A DNA stretch of 64,000 bases from Lytechinus pictus (Eukaryota), in assembly GCF_037042905.1 (NCBI RefSeq), contig NC_087245.1, forward strand, positions 31,436,001 to 31,500,000, in the 5' to 3' direction. The position numbers and the translations under genes are program-made. Under the pieces are notes generated by a model, which saw only the letters and a program-made list of their open reading frames with translations, had not been told where the DNA came from and did not search any database. Positions 26,267 through 38,900 of this stretch are shown one piece after another. Position 1 is the stretch's first letter; the number at the start of each line of letters is the position of its first letter.

Positions 26267-26318
26267 TGGGGTCCTAGGATCTGTAAACTCCTGAGAGTTT
26301 ACAGATCCTAGGACCCCA
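26267..26318. repeat. Perfect 24-bp-stem hairpin with 4-nt loop
   Basis: tggggtcctaggatctgtaaactc-ctga-gagtttacagatcctaggacccca. Confidence 0.95.
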
Positions 26319-27077
26319 CATTTGCAGAACAGTGGATGGAATCCATTTATATGAAGAAACAAAATAAAAATCATATTATATTTAAAATGAATGTTAACGC
26401 ATTTATATTCTTCCATTGACCAAACCAAGTTCCTTGAGAATTTCTATTTATACTACAGTGACATCAGGGCATTGGAATGGGGACCTGGGAAATTGATACC
26501 TATTATATTGAATTTGAAAGGAACTGCATTTGAAATATTGAATTAGTAGGAATTAGTATCCAAGAAAAATTAATTGCTAATGAATAGGATACTTGGGTAT
26601 GTGAAATCAGTGGGGTTCAAAGATTTAGAAAATGCTGAAACTATGGATGGATTTTTTTTTCAATTCTTTATCAATCCATTATATCATTTGAGCTATTGTA
26701 AAGTAGGAAAAATATGTATGACATTCCATTGTAAAACCCTTAGTAAAGATAGTTTAGTACATGTGTAATTGTATGGAATGATTGTTTATTCTGCAGTGGT
26801 GAAAGAACACATGGTAAAGTACACCTGAAAATACATGTTGTTATTTTATGTGTTAAGTACTATTTCTGTATAGATATGGAATATTGGAGAAATTATATAT
26901 TATATGAAATAAATGTATTATCCTGGTATGTATAACTGGATCTTTACCTGAGATGTTTTTGTTTTCATTTTGAAGTGAATGTTATGACGGTGTTGTAAAG
27001 ACAGTCTACTGTGCATTAGTGGACCTATCTATCTATCTTTATATCTATGTACCTACCAATCTATCTAGCATATTTTG

Positions 27078-27330
27078 CTCATCATCATCATCACCACCAT
27101 CATCATCGTCATCACTATTTTCATCATCTTCATCATCATCACTATCATAATCCTATCCACCACCACTACCACCAACAAAATTGACAATCATCACCACTGC
27201 CATCATCATTATCGACATCACAGTCCTCATCATTATCATAACCACCAACACTGTCATCATTATCAACATCACAGTCATCACCCTCATTATCTCCATTATT
27301 ATCATAACCTCCACTACCACCATCATCATC
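27078..27330. repeat. (CAT/CAC)n degenerate microsatellite
   Basis: Directly visible. Confidence 0.9.
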
Positions 27331-27399
27331 AAAAGGTTAAGTTTTCTGTCTGACTTAATTTGCAGATTATCCATGAGAGTTATTATTTTCTACAGAGCA

Positions 27400-28500
27400 A
27401 ATGTCATTGTGTCTGCTTCTTCGTCAACTAAGTCAAATTTATCAATTTGAGAAGGTTGGTTAGAGTAGCTTCTATGGGAACTGTTCATAGTGTCACTTTG
27501 GAAATGTATTTTATTTCATTCATTTTTCCCCTGTAAGCCTAAGTATTAAACCTTTTTTTTTCAGTTATGTAGTCTAGCCAGGTTGCCAAGAGACGGGAAC
27601 TTTAATATTATGCAGCAATAAAAAGAGTTTATTTTTTCATTGATCTTACAATTGATAACAAGCTCATTTACATAGTTATTATTTTACTTTCTTTAATAGG
27701 TCCCTTTTTATCCTGGGCAATGATCCATTGCTTTTGACCAGCTACTTGGGATGTTTTAGAGCATGGGTGTGTCTTTGGTTCTCAATGTTTTCTAGTAGAT
27801 TTAAAATACAGCTCTTTCAGAATTGTGTTAGTGCACAAGTCGTGTGCATATTTTAGGAAAGAAAATTGTCATTCTAATAATCATTTTTAAGTTGAAATAT
27901 CTACTTGTTTTCATTGAGAAGCAGTTCTGTTTGTTGATTTTGAGCTGCAGTTTCTTAGCCTGCATGCGACCTGATTTATATGCAACTCTTCTGAAAGACA
28001 TTGGTAAGTGGAAATAACATGTCTCTACCTTTATAACTCGGCTACTTAATGGAATTGAAACGTCAATGTTGAAAGTTTTGTGGAATATTGACATATTGAT
28101 AGGATGACCCAATGATATAGGAAATGTTTTGTTGATTTTGTGAAAATATCGGATATATATCTCCTTGCAAGGTATTTTTCGTCAATGACAAAATTTTTTG
28201 CAGTGCTTGAATGATGTGAATATCAATAATCGAGTGTGGATCATATCAGGTTCCTCTGAGGTGATGTCAGATGGTTTTAACTTAAGGAAGTTGATAGAGA
28301 GGGAAATAATGGTACAGAATTGGAATGATAGTTTTTGTTAGAAATCTGGTATTAGAAGTAGAGTTGAAGTTTAAGTGACTTTGGGGCTTTCTTGGTGAAT
28401 TTAATATTATAATTGATAGTTCTTTAAACTTTAGATTCTGAAATGTAGGAACAAAGGATCAACGGAGTTGTTAGTTTAAAGAAAGTGGTTGAGGGCATTT
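27400..28500 (-). mobile_element. Possible very old CR1/L2-like RT relic
   Basis: Only weak fragments (LGHPINMSIFHKTF; LPQDKKGPI...YVNEL, loosely like GVPQGSILGP...YVNDL). Confidence 0.25.
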
Positions 28501-28669
28501 TACTATTACTGTTTTTCTTTTCTTTTGTCTTGCCTGAACGAAGTAAGGCAGAGACCTAGTAATCACTTTTCCTGTTGGTCTGTTACAAAAATGTGAAAGT
28601 TTTTATTCAACTTGCTCTCGATATTTATTTCTGCATCAATTATGTTGACACTTGGTACCTTGATGGGTG

Positions 28670-28909
28670 CACTGCAAAAACTGGTGTTGATTTAACACCA
28701 GCCCGGAATCTATATATGTCCACACCAGAGAAGTGTTAAACAACAGCGGTTTGGTATTGGTCTAACACCAGATAGGTGTTTATACGACACCAATTAGTTT
28801 TAAAACAGCATCGGTTTGATTCCACACTGGTGTTGTTTCAATACTTCTCTGGTGTGGACATATATAGATTCCGCGCTGGTCTTAAATCAACACCAGAGTA
28901 TTTGCAGTG
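28670..28909. mobile_element. CACTG-ended MITE (CACTA/EnSpm-like termini) with ~75-bp inverted arms, inserted into an older tandem-unit repeat (about 28520-29270)
   Basis: cactgcaaaaactggtgttgatttaacaccagc...gctggtcttaaatcaacaccagagtatttgcagtg. Confidence 0.75.
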
Positions 28910-31900
28910 TAATATCACATTTTGTTGTTGAGGATGATGTGGTCGAAAGGTCAAGTTTTTGTTCATCTTGATCTCATTTCTCTTTTTCTGCATCGATTTG
29001 GTACAAATGATCCTTGGGTAATACCACATGTGTGTTCATGAGGATGATGGGGTCAAAGGTCATGTCCATCGTTTTTCAAAATTTTTGTTCAACTTGCTCT
29101 CATTTCTTTATTTCTGTATCGATTGTGTTTACACTTGGTACAAATAATAATTGGGTAATGTCACATGTGTTTTCATGAGAATCATTAGGTCAATGGTCAT
29201 CTACAGGTCAATAGATCATGTTGCTTATTTTATTGATCGCGAGACTCGTGGTTCGTGAGCCACCTTGTCCATTAATCTTCTTAATGTATTCTCCGTATCT
29301 CTCGCTGCTATCCAGGCATCTCATTTTCCTTTTTGTGTTCATCTGCTCATATATTACCAACGCTAAACATGTCACTATCTCATGCCCCCATATTTAATGG
29401 AATGCATGGTTTATCAGAATTTATTAATTTCAATTTTAAAAAAGCTCCGATTATTTATTTTTTTAAGATTAAAAAAAAAAGAAAATTGGTAATCATTAAA
29501 TTTAAGCAATTAACTTTTACTGAGAAATGATCAAAATGGATAATAAAAAATACAAATCCATTCATCAGTCAATCAACTAATCCTTAAATATTGATAATAG
29601 TAATAATAATAAACATAGACTTAATTTTAAAATTGGGGAAGGAGACGAAAAAAATAGCTCTCACATCATGGATAAAGAAAAAAAAATTCACTATTCACTT
29701 GTCGATATCATATTTAAAGACACACAACGCAGAAACATCTGAAAACTACAACAAAAGTACTGCATACTTTGTCTTTTCTTCTGTATTTTCCACCTGTGTT
29801 TATTACAAGCAAATCCAATATTCTGATGAACCACATTGTCAAATACAATCATAAATGAGTCCCAAATCATCCATGTTAAAATAAAACAATATCAATAAGA
29901 AGACAACAAAATATACTCAACTAATCACACCATCCACCTATTTCAGATTTGTCTACATACATGAATATCTACAAAGAGTTATCGACTTAAACTAAGTATA
30001 TATTATATTATGAAACTACACTTATCTAAATACACATCACCGAGCTTAAGGTACTCAATGTAAGTGAAGCATTTAAGTCTTCGAGTATGTTCTCTTTGAA
30101 AAGGACACTCCGATACATAGAGAGGCGTAAAGAGGGAATGAGAGAACGATAAGAAGAAAAATAAAATAGCGAGAAAGATATAGGGTTAGAGGAAGGATAA
30201 AATTAATGAAATAAAAGAAAGAGAGGGGAGAGACAGGGAAGGATAGAGAAGGAGAGAAGGGTGGGGTAGGCGGAGATAGAGGGGGGATAAATCATAAAAC
30301 TTTCCAAGCATTGTTGATGGTTGCGTGCTGCTACTTCCTATAACGTGATTCGTGTGAAAAGCTTTCGTTTTCGTTATTTCCCCCATAAACAAATCAATGC
30401 GTAATTACGGCTGATAAAACATTTTGTTCTCATAAACTTGTCTTGTTCTCATATTAACTCATATCTTGTCCATAACACTGTTTTGATCTGTGGGATCCAG
30501 CCTTGTACCGATACACAAAATCGATAATTCATTGATTATTATTTTGTCGAAATACAAGGGGATCACTTGATCTTGACTGTCGCTAAATGATTATTGTTTC
30601 ACCATTTAATAATATTGATGAACAATGGATTTGATCTTGGGCAATTTAATCGGCTACTCAGAAATTGATTTTCTAAAGTGAATTAAGTCAGAAATTTCTA
30701 TTTATAGTTTGAAATATCAATAATCGTGACAACAAATGCTTCTAATACTAAAAATACAGACGGAATTTTAAATCACATATCAATGAATTTAGTATCTGCT
30801 GCAAATCTCTTAGAATATTTGTAAGTCATAAAACGATCAATGTGTCTGATGACTATAGGCTAATATATACTGCGCAAAAATGAGGAATCTTTCTTTCTTC
30901 ATGCAGACGTTTTCATCAATATTTGAATACCATCTCACCCGGTGCGATGCGATTATACCCAGCGTTGCTAGGATACCTAACGCTGGTAAGGAGGCACGCC
31001 AAGGTATATCAATAAGCCCTAACTGATTATAAAAATTCATTTCATGGGATCATGAAGAAAATCTACAAAGACTTTTCTGAAAATTAATTTTGGTATAATA
31101 TGGTACCACCTAAATTTATTATATTGGCAAATAAGGAGTAAGTAACACTCCTTAGAATAATCTCATGCATGATAATATTTGATTTAATTGTACTATATAC
31201 GGTGCACAATAGCGTCGCGTACTGTTCAGCCAGGGAATTTTTACTAACAATTCCCTATGACACAATCTTATTCTTCATAACAGTTCAGACGTTGTTTGCG
31301 AGATGACACTTATCAGATAGGTCTATGTCAGACAATACATATCACTTAAAGTAAGCCTACAATGTAGACGCTGTCATCAATCAATTATCACTCTATAATT
31401 GGACTTTGCTTTCGTCAATCTTTATGTTACATGTAAACAGAATAATGTCAACTAAAATCGAGTGTCGATTGATAGGGCATCATCATTACGAAATGTGCTA
31501 ATTCATAAGACAACGGTGATAGCGTCGGGTTTATACATTCCGTTTTTGGAGTGTTTATTTTTAACTTATTCTCCATTCTTTGATTCGGAACAAGAGTTGA
31601 CTAAAAATCTAAACTAAAAAGTTGACTCTCAAAATCGACATAAATATTCCTTGTATTGTAAAATTTGATTTATACTCGCATGGATAGAGTCTAGTTCGAC
31701 AAATATAAAAGCAAAATACCCGAAAGCAATTATGGAAAAATATCAAATTAAATTTGATCTCTGTTTTCTTTAAAGAAAAAAGTGTTTCAAAATGTATTTA
31801 ATTCTGGATTCTTCTCTAACCACATGAACTATAATTTAGGGGAGGGGTGAGACATGACTTGGAAACACCCGATGGTTGTAAAGGTGTTTGAGTAAATGAA

Positions 31901-33111
31901 CCTCTTACAGCATCAAGCCCGGTGGACTTCAGACCCATGTAACAATATGGAATGACAATAAACAAATTCACATAATGTGTTTATTAAGTTAAAAAACCGG
32001 ATTTCAAATACAGTGTCTAACTTGGCGCTTTTTTTTCGTTCATTGAGAAGTGCCATAGAATACCACTAATGGTAAACCATACATGAGAGCACTAAAAGTG
32101 TGTAAATATTTTTAAATCTATCTTCGAACATAATACATATTTCCTTCTTCCTGTTCTTGTAGCTAAACTTCTGCTTTTGGGAAACGGGAAAGGGGCCCCC
32201 GGGGTATAACCTTGTAAAAAAAAAAATTGATAAAAACGGCAAATCACGTAGGAATTTTGACAATATCTCCCTCCTTCTCGAAATGAAATAGGGTCAAAAC
32301 TCTCAAAACGGTCAATACTTTCCTTTTATTTTTCCCCCCCTTTGTCTGACCCTGAACATGAGCTTTCAGCTTAATCTTGAAAGCATTAACAGAACATTTA
32401 AAGATAATTTAAAAAAAAAAATTACGTGCAATATGCACCAGGGGTGACGGTGGTGTATTTCAATATAGGCAGGTAGGACAAGATGGGATAAAGATTGGAG
32501 ATGATGTCATTTTTTCTCGATTCAATTATAGCGCCATTATAGATTTAAGCGATACCACCACCATCGTTTTATACTCTTCTTTCTCAACCCCCCCCCCCCA
32601 TCACTTCCCTATATTTATATTCCTCTCCCCCTTTAAAAAAAAATATACTTGAAATACTTGAAAACACATAGGGGCTGCAGCTGGGACGGTCATCCCTTGG
32701 CCTCTCCTTGGCGCCGCCCGTGAAATGTTGAAAATTGATGTACTATTTTCATAATTTTGACTTTGAAAATCGTGTCCGCTTGGTTGCGATATACATCAGA
32801 TATCGATTCTGAAATTAATACACGTTCACATTTTCAAGTCTTTGGCACAATAATTCATATCATATTCATTTGTACATAATTAATATTGATCATATTGATA
32901 AATATTCAATATAAAATTTACAGCTCGCTCTCTGTCCAAACCAAGGAGTCATTATTTCCTGAAGGTCGGAAAGAGATATATTACGATCCGGACAGGTGTC
33001 GACCCGGATAATTGTCCTCGAATACAAACTCCGTTAACAGTTCCATATCCAAGATACATGCTGAATATAGTTTCGAGTCTGCAAATGGAGGGTTTTATTT
33101 CACAGAGCTCG

Positions 33112-33331
33112 GTGATCAGTCGTAGCAAACTAATTATTTACCTGATGCTTCTTCCGGTTGCCGGTTGTACTGAGTCTATGTCGGGACCGGGTCGGTTTCA
33201 CCAAAATCCGGTAACAGTTCCGCGTCCATGGTGTTCAATAGTTAATGGATGGTTTCATGGAGATTTGTGATCAATCGTAGCAAACTAATTCTTTGTGATG
33301 CTTCTTCCGGTTTGTTGTACTGAGTCTATGT
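33112..33331 (-). repeat. Direct duplication of the CIMIP5-like C-terminal codons and stop into the 3' UTR
   Basis: 33112-33181 (gtgatcagtcgtagcaaactaatt...tgatgcttcttccggtt...ttgtactgagtctatgt) matches 33267-33331. Confidence 0.85.
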
Positions 33332-33462
33332 TGTAGATCAACCATTGCTTTGGCGGCTCCGGTTTTCTGCTGGTGTCCGAATCGCTGATTTGACGTGTTA
33401 GGAACCGACTCGGAGAACAGGGTCAGGTTTTCTGGCGGTTCCGGTTTTACCTTAGGATTACC
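33271..33462 (-). CDS. CIMIP5: C2orf50/CIMIP5-like coding exon 3
   Basis: tttag|GNPKVKPEPPENLTLFSESVPNTSNQRFGHQQ...KELVCYD*. Confidence 0.88.
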   Translation of the reverse strand, partial: GNPKVKPEPPENLTLFSESVPNTSNQRFGHQQKTGAAKAMVDLQHRLSTTNRKKHHKELVCYD

Positions 33463-35306
33463 CTAAATCAATCCAAAAAAAAGAGAAGATAAATGAATAG
33501 TTAGCAGGAGGGTATAACATTACAATAAATTCTTACATAACCACAAGGTAAGATGCTTCCAAATTAATTGCCTTTATAGAAACTCAAAACTGAATATCGA
33601 ATTGTTGAGCTGATCTCATTTTTAAGACAACGTACATGTACGGGCAGACGAACAAAATATATTAATATTGTAAACGTTATAGGGTGAGAATATTTTTTGC
33701 AGGCTCTATTTAAAACATGTCTGACCTCAGTAAAATTGAACAAAGGTACATGTATTTTAGATATCTAACGTCGCTTAATTGGCTCCGAGGCCTCTAATCG
33801 AATTCATCAAAAATACTTCAAAGGTAAAAGTCAAAAGAAAAGATGGAAAGATATATATGTTCTTTTTGTTATGAAAGTCTAAAAATATGCAATTTAATAT
33901 GGCTGTCTTACCTTTTGATCGAAGTCCCTGAGAAATCCCCAGCCTTCGTCCCTGCTCAAGAAGAATAAAGAACACAAAATGAAACCGTTATATTGGCAAA
34001 CTAGATACTTGATTGTGGTAATCCTTTTGACATCTGGCAACTTGACCGAAGGACTAAATATTGATCGTGGAACTGACCTATATAACGGACTTAGGATCCA
34101 ACTTGGCAGAAAGTGTCTAAAAGTCAAGCGCAAGTACCAAATACACACTTTTATATACACGAATATTGGCCTATTGAATATTTTAGATATTCAATAATAT
34201 TTCATGGGGAAAATTGCGAAAGAATTTTCATTTTCAAACGCACATACGTATACTAACGACATTTACACCAAACGACATTTTTTTTTTTAACACAAACTTT
34301 TTCAAATGAATTGTGTTATAAATACACATGGTTGATGGTCAAAGGGGGAAAACATTCATAAAATGCAAACATTATTTTTTAAAAGAGTTAAAATGATATC
34401 ATGTATATCTAAATGCTCCATTAATAATATAGGCCTACTTTCAGTTACTGGGAAACATTCATGATAGTACTGAATATATATATAAACTGTCAATAATTTG
34501 GAAACGTTTTACAAAGTGGACTGAGGACAGCACATTGGTACAATAGATGAAGGCTTTCTGTGACCTTCGAATGACGACAATCACCTTTAACATAAAATCA
34601 GGATTAATTTTGAAATAACTTGAATTTTAATTAAAGTAATATATTACTTCTTCTTCTTCTGTGTAGTCTGCTTCCTTCAATTCTGAAGATTCTTGTAGAA
34701 CTTGGTGAAGTGTGTGTCACAAGGAAAAAGTGCATGTGCCAAATATATACATGGTGCAAGTAAAAATAGAATATTACCCAATATATTGTAAGTGAATGAT
34801 GATATGATATATTGGTTGAAGTTGGTTCAAGACATAATGACGCATTTGTATTTATGTTATGCTAATGAAGTGCGCTGCTACTATATTTTGTTATATGATT
34901 TACGACACAAAATATTGATGAACTACATCACATATCAATTGTCTTTCCTTCCAGGATTTAATTTAAAAAAAAAACATTATGACAAAATATTTTTAAGTGA
35001 TTATACCACTCACCATCGTATCTGGCCCTTCTTTTCCCTGCCAACCGTCTCTCTCCACGTCTTATCCTCGATCACACTATTGCACTCTCTGAAATCGGCT
35101 CTTGTATGTCTCCCGCTCACTCCAGCAGCTCCACCTGCTCCTGGGGCTCCGCCTGCTCCGGCCCGTGGCTGTTGGTTGCCTGTCCGCTGGGGTGGTTGCT
35201 TGGGCTCCGGTGCGCACTTGTTGTGGTAGGCACTGGAAATACGGGTAGAAGCGGGGAGACGATAGCCGGCCGAAGTGGCACGGTCGTGCATGATATGAGA
35301 TGACAT
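33271..35306 (-). CDS. CIMIP5: C2orf50/CIMIP5-like ciliary microtubule inner protein (whole gene span, 3 coding exons, 174 aa)
   Basis: Exons 35306-35014, 33951-33912 and 33462-33271 join in frame. Motifs RATSAGYRLP, D(K)TWRE...RWDEGWGFLRDFDQKGNPK and LFSESVPNTSNQRFG resemble human C2orf50 as I recall it (RTTSAGYRLP, WSFLKDYDPMGNKK, LFSDTVPSSTNQ). Confidence 0.88.
33912..33951 (-). CDS. CIMIP5: C2orf50/CIMIP5-like coding exon 2 (40 nt)
   Basis: gagcag|G GAC GAA GGC TGG GGA TTT CTC AGG GAC TTC GAT CAA AAG|gtaag. Confidence 0.88.
35014..35306 (-). CDS. CIMIP5: C2orf50/CIMIP5-like coding exon 1
   Basis: MSSHIMHDRATSAGYRLP...EKKGQIR(W); donor TG|gtgagt. Confidence 0.88.
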
Positions 35307-35923
35307 GGTAATAAATCGAAACAGTTAATGATGGGTGATGGTAATGATATATTCCAGACTAACCAAATGTGATTTAGCCAGTCAAACTATGAATAACAAG
35401 AAATAAACATGTCTTTGATGGAACGAGAAAGTTTATTTGGCACAGGAGTTGTTCAATAAAATGGTTGGTCCGATAACGTGCAGCAAAGTTGGAGCAAAGT
35501 TATATTGAGATACAACGTCCTTGAAATGTAATCCCATGTAAAGTTGGTGGTACATAGACAAAGTTTATCAAACTATATCAGAGCAATGTGCTGTATTCCC
35601 ACTGTTTATTAAACGACATCACCCGGTTCCTTTCGCAACTTCGGCAACTATTCCGGTGAAAACATAATTTTGATAAACGCAATCGCGAAAATGGCGTCAG
35701 AATATTAAAAAACTACCCCGGACGTCCGACGAGAAAGGGTAACAAATCGCGAAATGACAGCGCTGTTCTGTGATAAATATTTGGAACACAATAAATATAA
35801 TTGAAGAGCTTGGATGTATTGATTCTATTGAGTGTTTTGGGAGTGCAGAGCCCGTTCGAGACCTCCATAACGGGTTGACGAGTTTTTGTTCGGCACCGGC
35901 ACGGCGTGTCGCCCGACGGACTC

Positions 35924-35936
35924 GTCTCTAGGCAAC
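35924..35936. promoter_or_regulatory. RFX X-box-like motif upstream of the CIMIP5-like gene
   Basis: GTCTCTAGGCAAC in a CpG-rich patch ~620 bp upstream of the ATG; RFX sites are typical of ciliary gene promoters. Confidence 0.55.
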
Positions 35937-38900
35937 CGTAAACACAAGACGATCGGGACTTTTCTTCCTTTCTTTGATTGCTGGTGTGTGCGTGCAAGCG
36001 AGCTTCTGAAATGGTTTTCGAGTAGACGCCTGACTGAATATTATATCACAAGAAGATAGAATATAAAATGGAGAAGGGTATATTGAAAGGGGTATTTCCA
36101 TTGCTGTATTACGCGCCACAACATGATTTCGCATTTCGGTGTTAATACCATGTCGCAGCTATCATTCATATTTCAGGACAGAAATTAAAATATGAAAATA
36201 AATCGGTGATATATAATATGCCTATGACGTTTAAAATATGGACATGGAGTTTGTAATACACTAAAATGATAAGTAATATAATCTGAGATTCATTTTGTTT
36301 AATGTGAAATTGGAAGATGATAACAAATATAGTTTCAAGGCTTGTATTGTGGCTATACCAGTTTAGGCCAATTCGTTGGAGAGCGCATTTTGAGCGGATA
36401 CTTTTTGAGATACATAATAATTATTGCATGATTTTTTTAGAGAATATTTCATCAAGGACTTCTATATATAAAAAATAAGTTAATGAATCTGACCGATCAT
36501 TATCATACCTCTCAATTTTGAAACCATTTCCAAAAAAAATCGCCTAATGACCACACAATATTCATTTTAATAGTTATTATAAATTCATGATTTTTAATCT
36601 TGAATTCATGCAGGAAAACATGTTACAACACATGCGTTTTAATTGGCATAGAACTGGAAACATAATATTCATGCAACATTTTCACAAAATAATATGGACA
36701 CTTTAAGGCCCTGAAGGCCGTTATTAACTCTTCAAATTGTCACTTAAATTCCTATTTTGTCTCTCAATATTCTTTATTATACATTAGATTAATCTGTCTA
36801 TCCGATTTTGTATTTATTGTGAAATAGTTCAGTTCCATCTGATTTATTTTTATTTGGGGAATTATTTTTGGGGGTGCTATGATTATTTCGCTAACCGCAT
36901 CAAATTCTGTGTTATGATCTCCATTTTTAACTTGTATATATATCTCGATATTTATATCTAAGCCCGATAAGGTAGTCAGTGTTGCATCGCATGGGCAAGC
37001 TTCTAAAAATCAAATAACTAGGGCATTTATACTGTATATTGCTTCATTAATCAACTATTTATTGATTTCAATTAGCACTTACATGCTCAATTGGGCAACT
37101 CACAGGGATATTTGTTGAGATGGGTTTAAATCGATAGCAAGATAGCGTTGACTCTACGCATCAAATTCAAAGCCTTAAGAAACACGTGCAATTTATTGTC
37201 TTGAAATATTGTGCATTAAAGTATACCCTGTTTGGAATCTGAGCAAGGTCTTACAAAATAACAACTTGTCGAATCATCGAGGGATAATTGAAAATTAGAG
37301 ATGGGTTTTAAAAAATCGCATTCAATCCACTCTTGAACAATCCTTCTTTTGTTCAAATTCGTGGCTAAACAAAATCATTGAATTTCGTTGATTTTTGTTT
37401 CATGATTAGATTTGATGTGATTAGATTTGATTTTTTTCGCATCTTTTATTTTCTCATGTCATAACAAGCAAGAAAATAGTGATTGTATTTTTACATGAAT
37501 GATAGAATTAGGCTATATTTTTTCAAACCAACTAATAAGTTCCTTCAAAATATATAAACCACCAACATTTGGTTGAATCAAAATTGCATGTAAAGCAAAT
37601 TTTGATTTTTTTTTTAACCAACACTAATCATTATGTTTATATTTTAGCCAATTGGGGTGGTTACAAAATTATGAGAGCGTACTACACGTGTGTGCACCAT
37701 TCTAAACTTGGTTCCAGACTCCCAGCTTCACAATCAATTTTTTTTTTTTTTTATTAAAATAACCTCTGTCCATATCATAATCATCTAAACACTCGAGAGA
37801 ATGGTCAGATCTTGATACAATATTGCATTTTTTTCACTCCTTAGAGTATTTCTTAATCGATTAATTTCATTCCCACAAGAAATCTCAATCGATTTGGCGC
37901 TGCTTATCACCTGTTCCGACCAGTCGCAATAGGGAGGGAGACTTCCGTTCTCAACAGCTACGTTCTGAACTATTAATAATTGATATCGATAGCTTATTAT
38001 ACTTTTGATTTTGATAGCAGCAGGTCGTCTGCGCGCAGCACTTAATACAATCAATTTTCCGCCATGGCGCCACGAAAAGTGAGAACGGCTGCTCATTGAT
38101 GATAAAAGTAATAGCGATATTTTTTTGTGGGGGCGGTTATCAAGCATTGTCAATTTTGTCTTTATAAGATTATATAGAGAGATTGCTTAGTTCACTATTT
38201 TAACATAGTTAGCTTGGAAAGAGTAAATATGGACAAATTTTTATTTGCATCTATATTAAATCGGGTTATGTTAACAGTCTAGAAACAAGTCTTCATTTGA
38301 AATTGGACGGGTGGTGATATGTAAAAGTGGCTAATATAGAATGTATGACGTCACTGCAATTTAAAGTTTCATTTATATTGTATCGGCTGAAAATATCAAA
38401 AGAATAACAACCTTTTTCGTTTTAAATGTGGACTTGAAGTGATATGTAAATTTGGTTAATATAATATAGGATGCATGACGTCACATCAATTTAAAATATG
38501 ATGAAAGATTGCGCTCAAAAGCGACCCCTCCTTTGAATAAATTGAAACGGAGATTGACAACGCTGTCCTCTAGCTCCCTATATTAAAAAGCATGTTAATC
38601 ATTTTACATATATATATACATTAACCAAAATACACCCGAGCGACAATTTAAAGCAAATTGAGACGGTTTAATCGAAAGTTTATTGTTGTTTTAATTTGGT
38701 CATATAAAAGCAATGCTCCTTTTACAACCATATTGGGCTTAAAGAAAATAAGAACCACGTCTTATTTGATAGCATTAGAAAATCAATAAGTATCCACTTA
38801 ATCAAATACAATTATTTTGCAAAAAACGAATCACTGTGGCATGTCTATGAATGTTTTCGTAAAAGTTCAATAATGTGAATTAGTGATGTTCAAACATTCG

